Under the pieces are notes generated by a model. It did not search any database. It was not told the origin of the DNA and saw only the letters and a program-made list of their open reading frames with translations. A stretch of 64,000 bases of DNA from an uncultured Candidatus Saccharibacteria bacterium. GTDB taxonomy: Bacteria; Patescibacteriota; Minisyncoccia; UBA6257; UBA11618. Shown here in pieces: positions 36,392-46,422 of the stretch. Within the stretch, counting starts at the first letter, position 1, and the number at the start of each line of letters is the position of its first letter. Location of the stretch: NCBI GenBank assembly GCA_964362125.1, contig CAYICS010000001.1, forward strand, positions 18,052-82,051, written 5' to 3'. A program made the translations under genes and the position numbers.

Positions 36392-37243
36392 ATGCCCGAG
36401 CTGCCGGAAGTACAAACAACTGTTGATTTTTTAAATAAAACTGTCCGGGGGAGGAAGATTGTTGCTGCTTGGTATGATTGGAAAAAACTGAAGCCGGTTG
36501 AAAAAGCGGTTGGTTATAAGATTAAAAACGTCCGTCGTGTTGGGAAGAATATATTGTTTTATCTCGGGGATTCGGATCGGGTCCTATTGGTTCATCAGAA
36601 GATGACCGGGCATATTTTGATTGGCAAGTGGAAAGTTGACGGCAAAAAAATCACGCCAATCTCGCCGCTGGCCTTAAAAGAACGCGTCAATGACTATATC
36701 CACTTTATTTTGACTTTAGATAATGGTCAGATGATTGGCTTGTCAGATTTGCGCAAATTCGGCAAAGTGGCTTTTGGTTCGCGCGAGGAAATTGAAAAGT
36801 CTAAAGAATTGCGTCAGCTCGGCCCGGATGTCTTAGCGGTTTCTTTTGAAGAATTTGCCAAGCGAGTCGCCAGCCGCAACAAAACCATTTACCAAGTTTT
36901 AATGGATCAGACAGTTATATCAGGTATCGGCAATATCTATGCCAGCGAAATTTTGTTTGTGGCGCGGATCCATCCTTTCAAATCAGCCCGCCGGTTGAGT
37001 AGGAAAGAATTAAAAGCTCTTTGGCAAGCCAGCAGAAAAATTCTTAAGCTGGCTCTCAAGCTCGGCGGCACTTCCATTGCCGACTATCGTATGCCCTCCG
37101 GCGAGTCCGGTTATTATCAGAAAAAGCGGTTGATCTATCAGCGCGAAGGCGAAAAGTGCTTCAAGGGTTGCGGCGGGGTCATCAAACGCGCTAAAAAAGG
37201 AGGGCGGTCGGCGTTTTATTGTCCTAGATGCCAGAGGTTATGA
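36392..37243 (+). CDS. mutM: formamidopyrimidine-DNA glycosylase
   Basis: MPELPEV, RRVGK, HQKMTG, DLRKFG, GIGNIYASE, C-terminal Zn finger. Confidence 0.95.
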   Translation: MPELPEVQTTVDFLNKTVRGRKIVAAWYDWKKLKPVEKAVGYKIKNVRRVGKNILFYLGDSDRVLLVHQKMTGHILIGKWKVDGKKITPISPLALKERVNDYIHFILTLDNGQMIGLSDLRKFGKVAFGSREEIEKSKELRQLGPDVLAVSFEEFAKRVASRNKTIYQVLMDQTVISGIGNIYASEILFVARIHPFKSARRLSRKELKALWQASRKILKLALKLGGTSIADYRMPSGESGYYQKKRLIYQREGEKCFKGCGGVIKRAKKGGRSAFYCPRCQRL

Positions 37244-37959
37244 TTATCTTTCTCTATGGCCCCGACAGCTATCGGCGCCAGCAAAAACAGCGGGAAATAA
37301 TAGAAAAATACAAAGCCAAACACTCGGCTTTGACTATTGACAGGTTTGATTTGGACGAGGAAGGCGCCCCTGACCGATTGAAAGAATTTTTAGAAGCTCG
37401 GTCGCTTTTTGGCGGGAAGAAACTAGCTATAATTTCCGGCTGGGATGATCAGGCGGCTGTTTTAGACGATGAAAGTCTGGTTTTATTAGTCTCAACTGAA
37501 AAAGGCGATCCGCCCAAAGGCGCAAAAGCCGAAGAATTCAAAAATTTAGAAGGGGCTGCTTGGGAAAAGTTTATTAATCAACAGGCTGTTAGCCGGCAGT
37601 TAACATTAAGTCCACAGGTTATCAACGGTTTAGTCACAGCTTATCAAGGGGATTCGTGGGGGCTGATTACAGAGCTTGATCAGCTTACTCTGTGCAATTT
37701 TCAATTACCAATTTTCAATTTTCAATTAAGGTATGATTTTATAGATTTAATCAAACAAATTTCTTGGAAAGGCGACTTATCCACAAAAATACCGGCTTTG
37801 GAAATCCTTCTCCACAACGAGGATCCCGGCAAAATCTTTAATCTCTTGGCCGCTTTCACCGGCAGCAGCCAAAAAATCCAGATGGCTGACTATGATGTAG
37901 CGGTAAAATCGGGAAAATTAGATTATGAAGCGGCGCTTATTGATTTTGTATTAAATTAG
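37240..37959 (+). CDS. holA: DNA polymerase III delta subunit-like
   Basis: MIIFLYGPDSYR, SLFGGKKL, DVAVKSG. Confidence 0.75.
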   Translation: MIIFLYGPDSYRRQQKQREIIEKYKAKHSALTIDRFDLDEEGAPDRLKEFLEARSLFGGKKLAIISGWDDQAAVLDDESLVLLVSTEKGDPPKGAKAEEFKNLEGAAWEKFINQQAVSRQLTLSPQVINGLVTAYQGDSWGLITELDQLTLCNFQLPIFNFQLRYDFIDLIKQISWKGDLSTKIPALEILLHNEDPGKIFNLLAAFTGSSQKIQMADYDVAVKSGKLDYEAALIDFVLN

Positions 37960-37974
37960 CATTATAATTATAAT

Positions 37975-38187
37975 ATGCCCGCAAAAATAACAACCACTAA
38001 TTTTGTTGAGGCCAAGAGGGCTGTAAATAAAATTAAACAACTATTGCCTAAACTTACAGAGTCAGAAAAGTTGACCCTGGAGTTGCTTCTAGACCAAGAA
38101 GCAATGGATAACTTAGAAAAAAGCCTGAAAGATGCTAAAGCGGGAAGGATTATATCTTTAGATGAGGCCAAGAGGCAGCTGCTTTAA
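37975..38187 (+). CDS. putative antitoxin
   Basis: 70 aa ending SLKDAKAGRIISLDEAK; overlaps the toxin start. Confidence 0.7.
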   Translation: MPAKITTTNFVEAKRAVNKIKQLLPKLTESEKLTLELLLDQEAMDNLEKSLKDAKAGRIISLDEAKRQLL

Positions 38188-38471
38188 TGGGTTATTTTAT
38201 TGCTTTTACTAAACACGCGATTAGATTTATGAAAAAATTAGACCCGCAGACGCGGGCTTTTTTGTTAAAAGAAGTCGAGAGATTAAAATTCAATCCTCAT
38301 CAATTTCCAAAACTTTCAGGTAGAGCATCATTTCTCCGCTCCTATCATACTAATTTTCGGGGAGTTGCTTACAGAATCGTTTTTGAAATACGAGAATCTG
38401 CGAAGGAGATTTTAGTTTATTTGGCCGCGCCCCGGAGCAGAGTGTATGAGTTGCTTAAAAGGCTTTTTTAA
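38187..38471 (+). CDS. RelE/ParE family toxin
   Basis: Basic; KKLD, KLSG, YRIVFEI, RSRVY. Confidence 0.8.
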   Translation: MGYFIAFTKHAIRFMKKLDPQTRAFLLKEVERLKFNPHQFPKLSGRASFLRSYHTNFRGVAYRIVFEIRESAKEILVYLAAPRSRVYELLKRLF

Positions 38472-38504
38472 TATAATTTGACAAATTTGTAGCCCCCCCT
38501 CTAC

Positions 38505-38651
38505 GCCGCTTTCTCCGGTGAGGCGGCCCGTGATGGCTTTACAATGGCCATTGAGGATGCGGGAATGGATGTGGATTATGTTATAGAGGACTATAATTCC
38601 GATACCAAAACTTCAGTGACGGCCGCGTTGTCGCTCCTGAAGAGATTGTGA
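38505..38651 (+). pseudogene. remnant of LivJ-like ABC substrate-binding protein
   Basis: AAFSGEAARDGFTMAIEDAGMDVDYVIEDYNSDTKTSVTAALSL resembles the N-domain of 48989..50110; no start or signal. Confidence 0.5.
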
Positions 38652-38668
38652 TTAAGAGGGTGGAGTAA

Positions 38669-38911
38669 TTATTTAGCCGCGGCTACTAACTTACTCAGCC
38701 TCGATTTCAATCTGGCAGCTTTGTTGGAGTGGATGATGTGAGTTTTAGCCGCCTTGTCCAATTTTTTGAAAGCCAAAGACAAATCCCCGGGGGAGAGGGA
38801 TTTTTTGAATTTTTTAATGGCTTCCTTCATAGCCTTCTTTTTGGCCAAGTTGCGTTCATAGCGCCGTTGGCTTTGGCGCAAAGCTTTTTGGGCTGATTTA
38901 GTAATCGGCAT
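38669..38911 (-). CDS. rpsT: 30S ribosomal protein S20
   Basis: MPITKSAQKALRQS, LDKAAK..IIH.NKAARLKSRL. Confidence 0.95.
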   Translation of the reverse strand: MPITKSAQKALRQSQRRYERNLAKKKAMKEAIKKFKKSLSPGDLSLAFKKLDKAAKTHIIHSNKAARLKSRLSKLVAAAK

Positions 38912-38925
38912 AAGTTTATATAGGT

Positions 38926-40740
38926 TTATACAATATCAGAAAGATGTGGTTCATGCAACTTCTTAATGATGGAGGCCGGGATGATGCCCAGCTTCTTGTT
39001 ATAGCGAGCCTGAATTTTTCGGCGCCGCTCAGTTTCAGTAATTGTTTTTTTAATGGAGTCAGTGAGGAAGTCGGCGTAGAGGATTACCTCGCCTTTGATG
39101 GAACGTGAAGCTCGGCCAGCCATTTGCATCAAACTGCGGTGATTGCGCAAAAAACCCTCTCGGTCCGCGTCAAGAATCGCAACCAGAGAAACTTCCGGCA
39201 GATCCAGCCCCTCCCGTAAAAGATTGATGCCCACCAACACATCGACATCGCCCCGCCGCAATTGATTGAGAATTTTCGGTCGCTGCAGAGTTTTGATTTC
39301 CGAGTGCATATAATTGGCGCGGATGCCCCGGGCCAAGAGAAATTCTGTGAGGTTTTCCGAGGCGCGTTTGGTGAGAGTGAGAGCCAGGACTCGTTCGTTG
39401 TTGCGGACACGCTTGGTGATTTCTTCAATCAGATTAGCTACTTGAGAAACCGCCGGCCGGACAATAATTTTTGGATCAAGGATGCCGGTGGGGCGAACCA
39501 ATTGTTCCGCCACCCGGCCGCGCTCTAATTCATATGACCCGGGAGTGGCCGAGACACAAATTGTCTGGCCAATGCGTTGGTTGAATTCTTTAAAAGCGAG
39601 CGGCCGGTTATCAAAGGCTGAAGGCAGACGAAAACCATAATTCACTAAAGTCTGCTTGCGGCGCCGGTCGCTTTCCTGCATCGCCCGCAGTTGAGGAATG
39701 GCAATGTGGGATTCGTCAATAAAGAGCAGAAAGGGGCGGGGGAAGTAGTCAAGTAATGTCAGCGGCGGCTCGCCGGGCTGGCGAAAATCTAAATGGCGGG
39801 AGTAATTTTCAATTCCGTGGACATAGCCTTTTTTCTTAAGCATCTGCAGATCAAAAAGAGTACGGCGTTCCAGCCGGTCGGCTTCTTCAAATTTGCCGGC
39901 GGCCTGCAGTTCGTCCATTCTCTCTTCCATTTCAGTCTTAATGTTGCGCAGAGAGAGATTAAAGAGATGCTGGGGAGTGACCCAAAACTTTGCTGGATAA
40001 ATATCCAGCAAAGTTTGACTTTTGACAGTTGACAATTGATCATTGACCAATTGAATTGTTTTAATTCTTCTTTTTTTGATCTCGATTTCTAGTTTTTCAT
40101 CGGTTACCAAATGTACTTTTACTAAAGTAATTCTACGATCGTGGAGATAGTTTAGTAGAGCGAATTGACCGAGCGCGGGTTCTTGGTTGGGGCGAGCTTT
40201 TTCATAACGGAGGAATTGCAGATGGCGCTCAATGTCTTTTTCGTTGATTATTTGCCCGACGCGCATTTTCAAGCGGGCTTTGCGATAGTTTTCCGGACTG
40301 CCGAGGCCGTAGATGCAGGAAACAGAAGCGATCACAATTGCATCCGGCCGCGACAAAACACTTTGAATGGCGGCGTGGCGCAGTTTATCAATATCCAGAT
40401 TAATCCGGGCGTCTTTTTGAATATAGGTTTGAGTCAGCGGTAGATAGGCCTCGGGTTGGTAGTAGTCGTAAAAAGAAACAAAATAGTGGACAGCATTGCT
40501 GGGGAAGAAGTTTTTGAATTCCTGATAGAGCTGGGCGGCGAGAGTCTTGTTGGGAGAAATGATCAGTGTTGGCAGGTCGGTTTTGGCAATCACCGAAGCC
40601 ATGGTGTAGGTTTTGCCTGATCCGGTGACGCCCAAAAGCACCTGGTCTTTCAGGTTTTCGTCGAGGCCGCCAATTAGCTTTTTAATAGCTTGAGGCTGGT
40701 CGCCTTTGGGCTGAAATTGAGAAATTAGATGGAAACTCAT
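38926..40740 (-). CDS. uvrB: excinuclease ABC subunit B
   Basis: GDQPQAI, GVTGSGKT, YDYYQPEAY, GIENYSRH, DESH, GINLLREGLDLPEV. Confidence 0.96.
   Translation of the reverse strand: MSFHLISQFQPKGDQPQAIKKLIGGLDENLKDQVLLGVTGSGKTYTMASVIAKTDLPTLIISPNKTLAAQLYQEFKNFFPSNAVHYFVSFYDYYQPEAYLPLTQTYIQKDARINLDIDKLRHAAIQSVLSRPDAIVIASVSCIYGLGSPENYRKARLKMRVGQIINEKDIERHLQFLRYEKARPNQEPALGQFALLNYLHDRRITLVKVHLVTDEKLEIEIKKRRIKTIQLVNDQLSTVKSQTLLDIYPAKFWVTPQHLFNLSLRNIKTEMEERMDELQAAGKFEEADRLERRTLFDLQMLKKKGYVHGIENYSRHLDFRQPGEPPLTLLDYFPRPFLLFIDESHIAIPQLRAMQESDRRRKQTLVNYGFRLPSAFDNRPLAFKEFNQRIGQTICVSATPGSYELERGRVAEQLVRPTGILDPKIIVRPAVSQVANLIEEITKRVRNNERVLALTLTKRASENLTEFLLARGIRANYMHSEIKTLQRPKILNQLRRGDVDVLVGINLLREGLDLPEVSLVAILDADREGFLRNHRSLMQMAGRASRSIKGEVILYADFLTDSIKKTITETERRRKIQARYNKKLGIIPASIIKKLHEPHLSDIV
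40120..40157. repeat. ACGATCGT-centred palindrome, copy 2 (inside uvrB)
   Basis: First 23 bp identical to 63458-63480. Confidence 0.85.
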
Positions 40741-40780
40741 AGAAATTGAATTTTAAGCGGCGATTTGTTTTACTATTATA

Positions 40781-41365
40781 GTGATTTACAGCCTCAGGGG
40801 CAATCTGGCGGCTAAAAAAGAAGGATTTGTTGTAGTTGACGTAGCTGGCTTGGGGCATAAAGTTTATGTGGCGCCGCGGATTTTAGAGAAACTGCCGGGG
40901 ATCGGGGAGCCGGTACAGCTTTATTCCTATCTTAATGTCAGGGAAGATGCTTTGGATCTCTATGGCTTTCTTCGGGAAACAGAGTTGTATTTTTTTGAAA
41001 AATTATTGACCATCAGCGGTGTCGGTCCCAAGTCGGCTTTGGCAGTGATGGCAGTGGCAACGGTTGACCAGTTGGCGGCGGCCATTAACGAAGGCAAGCC
41101 GGATCTGCTGGTGCGGGCGCCCGGGGTTGGCAAAAAGACGGCCGAGAGGATAGTCTTAGAGCTGCGCGGTAAACTGCCGACTCTGAAATCTGAAGAAACA
41201 GTCCGGCTGATGGAGGCTGATATTGATGTTGAGGAGGCGTTGGTGGGGTTGGGCTACAGCCGTTCTGACGCCCGGAAGGCAATTGAGAAGCTGGATGGGA
41301 AGACGAAGGGATTGGAAAGTCGGCTGAAAGGCGCTCTCCGGCTTTTGCAGACGAGAAACATCTAA
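40781..41365 (+). CDS. ruvA: Holliday junction DNA-binding protein RuvA
   Basis: VREDALDLYGF, ISGVGPKSAL, PGVGKKTAERIVLEL, ALVGLGY. Confidence 0.96.
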   Translation: MIYSLRGNLAAKKEGFVVVDVAGLGHKVYVAPRILEKLPGIGEPVQLYSYLNVREDALDLYGFLRETELYFFEKLLTISGVGPKSALAVMAVATVDQLAAAINEGKPDLLVRAPGVGKKTAERIVLELRGKLPTLKSEETVRLMEADIDVEEALVGLGYSRSDARKAIEKLDGKTKGLESRLKGALRLLQTRNI

Positions 41366-41384
41366 ACATTTAAAGATTTAAAAA

Positions 41385-42626
41385 ATGCGCGATTTTTTTA
41401 ATCGTCTTTTAGAGAAATTTAGAGATATTCCCCTCCTAAAAGTTTTGTATAAACTGCCGTTGGCGCCGTGGTTTTATCATACCTTTCTGGCTTTTATCGG
41501 CGCCTGCATTTATGGATTTCCCGCCAGTAAAATTTTTGTGATTGGCGTGACTGGCACCAAAGGCAAATCAACTGTCATTGAGTTGATTAATGCTATTCTT
41601 GAGGCGGCCGGTAAAAAAACCGCTCTCCTTTCTTCGATTTGGGTGAAAGTCGGCGATAGTTCCCAGCTTAATCCTTTTGGCAATACCATGCCCGGCCGTT
41701 TTTTTATTCAAAACTTTTTAAGTGAGGCGGTAGAGGCTGGTTGCCAGTACGCAATTGTGGAAACAACTTCCCAAGGCGTGGCTTTGAACCGCCATCTGTT
41801 TATTTATTGGCGGGCCGGCGTCTTTACTAATCTCTCGGCCGAACATATTGAGGCCCACGGGTCTTTTGAAAAATACCGCGAGCAGAAACTAAAATTTTTC
41901 CGCTATGTCCATTCATTGGGCGGCAGGATTTTTGTTAATCAAGACGACCGCAACCATCGATACTTTAAGGAAGTGGTTGGCAACAAAACTTGGTTGTATG
42001 GTAAAAGTGATTTGGGAAGCACGTTGGTGGGGGATTTTAATAGATATAATGTCGGAGCGGCGGTGACGGTGGGGCAGTGGTTAGGAGTTAGTGAAGAGGT
42101 TATTAAAAAAGCAGTTGCGGAATTCCCGGGCGTGCCGGGACGGATGGAGTTTATTCAAAAAAAGCCCTTTGTGATAGTGGTGGATTATGCCCACACCCCA
42201 GATTCTTTGCGTAAAGTTTATGAAACTCTGCGGGCGATTAGTCATCCGGAAATTCCTACAAAACTAATCTGTGTTTTGGGGTCGGCTGGCGGCGGCCGCG
42301 ATCGGTGGAAGCGACCGGAGCTGGGCAGAATTGCCAGCGAAATGTGCGATCAGATTATTTTAACCAACGAGGATCCTTATGATGAACCACCTAGCCAGAT
42401 TTTATCTGAGATAAAATCTGGAATTTCTAATGTCCAATTTTTAATTTCTAATGTTCACGAAATTTTAGACAGACAGGAGGCGATTAGAAAAGCTATCAGC
42501 TTGGCCCAGCCGCGGGATACAGTGGTGATCACTGGCAAAGGTAGTGAGCAGTTTATTCATTTAGCCAACGGTCAGAAGCTGCCCTGGAGTGATAAAGAAA
42601 CTGTTAAGGCAGTGATTAAGGGATAG
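41385..42626 (+). CDS. murE: UDP-MurNAc-tripeptide synthetase (MurE-like)
   Basis: GVTGTKGKST, TNLSAEH, VPGRME, DYAHTPD, GGRD, GKG. Confidence 0.85.
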   Translation: MRDFFNRLLEKFRDIPLLKVLYKLPLAPWFYHTFLAFIGACIYGFPASKIFVIGVTGTKGKSTVIELINAILEAAGKKTALLSSIWVKVGDSSQLNPFGNTMPGRFFIQNFLSEAVEAGCQYAIVETTSQGVALNRHLFIYWRAGVFTNLSAEHIEAHGSFEKYREQKLKFFRYVHSLGGRIFVNQDDRNHRYFKEVVGNKTWLYGKSDLGSTLVGDFNRYNVGAAVTVGQWLGVSEEVIKKAVAEFPGVPGRMEFIQKKPFVIVVDYAHTPDSLRKVYETLRAISHPEIPTKLICVLGSAGGGRDRWKRPELGRIASEMCDQIILTNEDPYDEPPSQILSEIKSGISNVQFLISNVHEILDRQEAIRKAISLAQPRDTVVITGKGSEQFIHLANGQKLPWSDKETVKAVIKG

Positions 42627-42644
42627 TTTTGTTATAATTGAATA

Positions 42645-43970
42645 ATGAAGTTGACTTTCTATGGCGGTGTTAAAGAAGTCACCGGCGCCAATTATTTGCT
42701 GGAGTCCGGAGATACGAAAATTTTAATTGATTGCGGCCTGAAGCAGGGCAGTAATTATGTGGAAAGACAGAACTGGGAGCCGTTTCCTTATAAACCAACA
42801 GAGATCGAGGCGGTTTTTGTGACGCATACCCATATTGATCACATCGGCCGCCTCCCCCTGCTTTCCAAGAGGGGATTTAGAGGGAAAATTTATTCCACCC
42901 CGCCGACTAAAGAGGCCGCCGCCCTACTGTTGCTGGATTCAATTCATGTCTTGGAGCAGGAGGCCAGGAAGCATAATAAACCGCCCCTTTGCACCGAGGG
43001 TGACGCCCGGGTGGTGATGGAGGCTTGGCAGACAATTGATTACTACCAACCGCTGACCATTGGGAATTTAAAAGTTTCCCTATATAACTCCGGCCATATT
43101 CTCGGTTCGGCCAGTATTCTTTTTGACGATGGTAAAACTAAAATTGTTTTTTCCGGCGATCTGGGTAATAGTCCGGCGCCTCTGCTTGGTGATAAAGATA
43201 ATCTGCCGGAATGCGATTATGCGGTGATGGAATCAGCTTATGGCGGCCGGACGCATGAGGATTTGGAACAGCGCCAGGAAATTTTGGAGGATTTAATAGA
43301 GGAAACTGCCAAGGCCGGCGGGGTTTTAATGATTCCGGCTTTTGCCATGGAGCGGACGCAGGAGATGCTTTATGAAATTGACAAGCTGGCTGATGAGGGG
43401 CGGATCCCCCGGGTGCCGATATTTTTGGATAGTCCCTTGGCCATCCGCCTCACTGATGTTTACAACCAATACAAAAATTATCTTAAAGCTGATGGGGAAA
43501 TCCATTTCAAATTTAAAGATTTAAAAATGACGATGACTACCGAAGAGTCAAAGGCCATCGCCCGGACGCCGCCGCCTAAAGTAATCATCGCCGGTTCTGG
43601 TATGTCCAATGCCGGCCGGATTTTATTTCATGAGAAAAATTATCTATCAGACTCCCACAACACTTTATTGATTATCGGCTATCAAGCCACCGGATCGCTG
43701 GGCCGGCAATTACTTGACGGCGCCAAAGAAGTAAAAATTCTTGGCGAAAAAGTGCCGGTGCGGGCGCGGATTAAAGCCATCGGCGGCTATTCAGCTCATG
43801 CTGACCAGCCGCAGTTGCTCGACTGGCTTAAACCCCAACGGCAACTGCTTAAAAAAATTTTCGTGGTGCAGGGCGAAGATGATCAAAGCGCGGCTTTAGT
43901 CCGGAAAGTCAGAGACGATCTGGCTATTGAGGCAATAATTCCTGATATCGGGGTGAAGTATGAATTATGA
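42645..43970 (+). CDS. MBL-fold beta-CASP ribonuclease-like protein
   Basis: THTHIDHIG, GHILGS, FSGDLG, SAHAD. Confidence 0.9.
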   Translation: MKLTFYGGVKEVTGANYLLESGDTKILIDCGLKQGSNYVERQNWEPFPYKPTEIEAVFVTHTHIDHIGRLPLLSKRGFRGKIYSTPPTKEAAALLLLDSIHVLEQEARKHNKPPLCTEGDARVVMEAWQTIDYYQPLTIGNLKVSLYNSGHILGSASILFDDGKTKIVFSGDLGNSPAPLLGDKDNLPECDYAVMESAYGGRTHEDLEQRQEILEDLIEETAKAGGVLMIPAFAMERTQEMLYEIDKLADEGRIPRVPIFLDSPLAIRLTDVYNQYKNYLKADGEIHFKFKDLKMTMTTEESKAIARTPPPKVIIAGSGMSNAGRILFHEKNYLSDSHNTLLIIGYQATGSLGRQLLDGAKEVKILGEKVPVRARIKAIGGYSAHADQPQLLDWLKPQRQLLKKIFVVQGEDDQSAALVRKVRDDLAIEAIIPDIGVKYEL

Positions 43971-44003
43971 ATTATGAATTAGGAATTATGGTATAATTTT
44001 TGT

Positions 44004-44576
44004 ATGCCAACGCGGCACAAAATAAAATATAAAATTTGTATTTCCGGAGCGGCGGAAACCGGCTACTGTTCAGCCGACGCTTTAGAAAAAGCTGAAGAGT
44101 TAGGCAAGTTGGTGGCGCAGGCTGATATGGTGCTGGTTACCGGCGCCACCACTGGCACGCCCTATTGGGCAGCCAAGGGCGCCAAGTCAGCTGGCGGCAC
44201 GGTTATTGGTTTTTCACCGGCGGCCTCGGAAACGGCCCACATCAAGACCTATCATCTGCCCATTGATTATCATGACACCATTGTTTTTACCGGCTTTGAA
44301 TACTCCGGCCGCAATCTTCTTTTAACCCGCGCCGCTGACGCAGTGATTATTGTCTGCGGCCGGATGGGCACACTCAATGAATTCACCATTGCCTTTGAAG
44401 ATCAAAAACCAATTGGGGTGCTGGAAGGAACAGGCATTACTGCTGATCATATCCGGGAGATAGTGGAGAGATCGCATCGCGGCCCGGGCAAGATTGTCTA
44501 TTCTCGCAACCCCAAAGAATTACTGAAAGAGGTCGTACAGCTGATTGATAAGGATAAAGCGATTAATCATCGATGA
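44004..44576 (+). CDS. LOG/SLOG family protein
   Basis: TGATTG, GRN, GRMGTLNEF. Confidence 0.85.
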   Translation: MPTRHKIKYKICISGAAETGYCSADALEKAEELGKLVAQADMVLVTGATTGTPYWAAKGAKSAGGTVIGFSPAASETAHIKTYHLPIDYHDTIVFTGFEYSGRNLLLTRAADAVIIVCGRMGTLNEFTIAFEDQKPIGVLEGTGITADHIREIVERSHRGPGKIVYSRNPKELLKEVVQLIDKDKAINHR

Positions 44577-45703
44577 GAAGGCAAACATTTTTATCGGCCG
44601 GATTGCTTTCTGGAGCGATGGTGGGCGCCGGAGTTTTTTCTTTGCCTTATGCTTTTTCTCAATTGGGATTGGCGCGGGGTGTGCTGTGGCTTACTTTTTT
44701 TGCTTGGGTGATGATTGTTTTTCACCTGATGTACGCTGATATTTTATTGCGCACTCCCGGAAAACATAATTTTGTTAGCTTGGCCAAAATTTATCTGGGC
44801 GATTTGGGAGAGTGGGTGGGTTTTATCCTGACAGTGATTCAGATGGTGCTGATTATGGTGATTTATTTGATTTTATTTCTGCGCTTTGTCGGGTTGATTA
44901 TCTCTTTTAGCAATCCTCTGGTTGAACTGGCGGCAGTCTTACTTTTCTGGCTGGGCGGTTCTTTGGCTATTTATGCTGGCCTGCGGCAGTTGGCTTTAGT
45001 GGAAGCCGTGACTTCTGGAGCCATCGCTGTTGTTGTGGCTCTAATCTTCCTTTATGGCTTGCCCAATATCGACGTGGCGGCTGGCTTGCAGCCGGTTGTT
45101 GGCGGCTTGGGTTTGGTAGTGGGGCCATTGTTATTCGCCCTCTCCGGCCGGGCGGCGGTGGTGGAGTTGATTAATTACGCCCGCAAGCAGGATGTGAAAA
45201 AAGTCATCGTCGGCACCGTCATTACCGTCGCCATCTTTTATTTCCTGTTCGTGCTGGGAGTTTTGGCGCTGACTGGCGGAGTAGTCAGTGATGATACAGT
45301 TTCTGGTTTGGTGGGGAAACTGCCGCTGGGCTCAATAGTTTTTATCAGTTTAATGGGACTCTTAGCTCTTTGGCATGCCTATATCATTATCGGTTTTGAC
45401 ATTAATAATATCTTGACAGTGGATTTTCGCTGGCCGCGCTGGTTGGGTTTGGTGGTGGTGGTGATTTTACCAATTTTTATTTATTTGAGCGGCTGGCGGG
45501 ATTTTTTTGGTTTGGTGTCCTTGGTGGGCGGTTCGTTTTTGGCAGCCGAAGGGATTTTTGTGGGAACGATGTGGCTGAAGTTGAAGCGTCACGGCCCCAA
45601 AACAATTTTGCTCAAAGGCGTGCCGGCTTGGTGGATTTATTTGCCGATAATTGTTTTTGTTTTGGTTTTTGTTAATCAATTGACGATTCAGTTTTTGAAA
45701 TAA
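44573..45703 (+). CDS. amino acid permease (aromatic amino acid transporter-like)
   Basis: GAMVGAGVFSLPY; about 11 TMs. Confidence 0.85.
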   Translation: MRRQTFLSAGLLSGAMVGAGVFSLPYAFSQLGLARGVLWLTFFAWVMIVFHLMYADILLRTPGKHNFVSLAKIYLGDLGEWVGFILTVIQMVLIMVIYLILFLRFVGLIISFSNPLVELAAVLLFWLGGSLAIYAGLRQLALVEAVTSGAIAVVVALIFLYGLPNIDVAAGLQPVVGGLGLVVGPLLFALSGRAAVVELINYARKQDVKKVIVGTVITVAIFYFLFVLGVLALTGGVVSDDTVSGLVGKLPLGSIVFISLMGLLALWHAYIIIGFDINNILTVDFRWPRWLGLVVVVILPIFIYLSGWRDFFGLVSLVGGSFLAAEGIFVGTMWLKLKRHGPKTILLKGVPAWWIYLPIIVFVLVFVNQLTIQFLK

Positions 45704-45713
45704 AAAAGCGCGG

Positions 45714-46307
45714 CTAGGCGAGCCTAGCCGCGGCGGTGATCTCTTTGGCGATGGTGCCGGGTCTTTCCTTTGGCACTCGGTCCAGCGCCGGGCGCTTGAT
45801 GCCATTGCGCCAGATGATGGGCGTGAATCGATCCAGGTATTGCGAGCCGGTGAGCAGGAGGTGTTGCTTAATTATCGTTTCCGGGTAATGGGTGACTACT
45901 GCAATACCCTCGTCAACAGTCAGGGGAAGCCGGCAGTTGCCAACCGACTCGAAGGTGACACCGAAAAGAAGATAGACAGTGGTTTTGGGTAATTGGATTT
46001 TCGGGCAGTTGCTGAGACTCTCGATGCTAATCATCATTTCTCCCCGTTCACCATCGAGTACCACCCGCCTCATCTTCTTCGGAATTGACATCAGCCGTTC
46101 AGTAACGACTATTAGCAGCGGAATAGAATTTTTTATTTCTATTCCCTCTGTTTTTCTCAGGTAGTCGTCTATTACTGATCGCAATGGCTCAATGAATTCT
46201 GTCAGGAATTGACTTTGACTGAAACCGGCGGCTCGATGGTAGTTGCGTTCAATCAATGTCTTAGTCTGACGTTCAAAGGCCGAAATAAGGCGCTCTCTGA
46301 TTTCCAT
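45714..46307 (-). CDS. DUF5701-like hypothetical protein (stand-alone cassette)
   Basis: RLPLTVDEGIA motif; TTGACT-17-TATAAT (46374-46346), SD AAGGAG, hairpin terminator ~45702-45733. Confidence 0.7.
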   Translation of the reverse strand: MEIRERLISAFERQTKTLIERNYHRAAGFSQSQFLTEFIEPLRSVIDDYLRKTEGIEIKNSIPLLIVVTERLMSIPKKMRRVVLDGERGEMMISIESLSNCPKIQLPKTTVYLLFGVTFESVGNCRLPLTVDEGIAVVTHYPETIIKQHLLLTGSQYLDRFTPIIWRNGIKRPALDRVPKERPGTIAKEITAAARLA

Positions 46308-46422
46308 CGCCAATCTCCTTGTTTTGTGAGACGTCTACTTGTTAAATTATAAAGATATTTTTTATAAAAGTCAAGTCTTTTGTTTTCTATGATAAAAATA
46401 TATATGCCGCTATAATAAAGGC

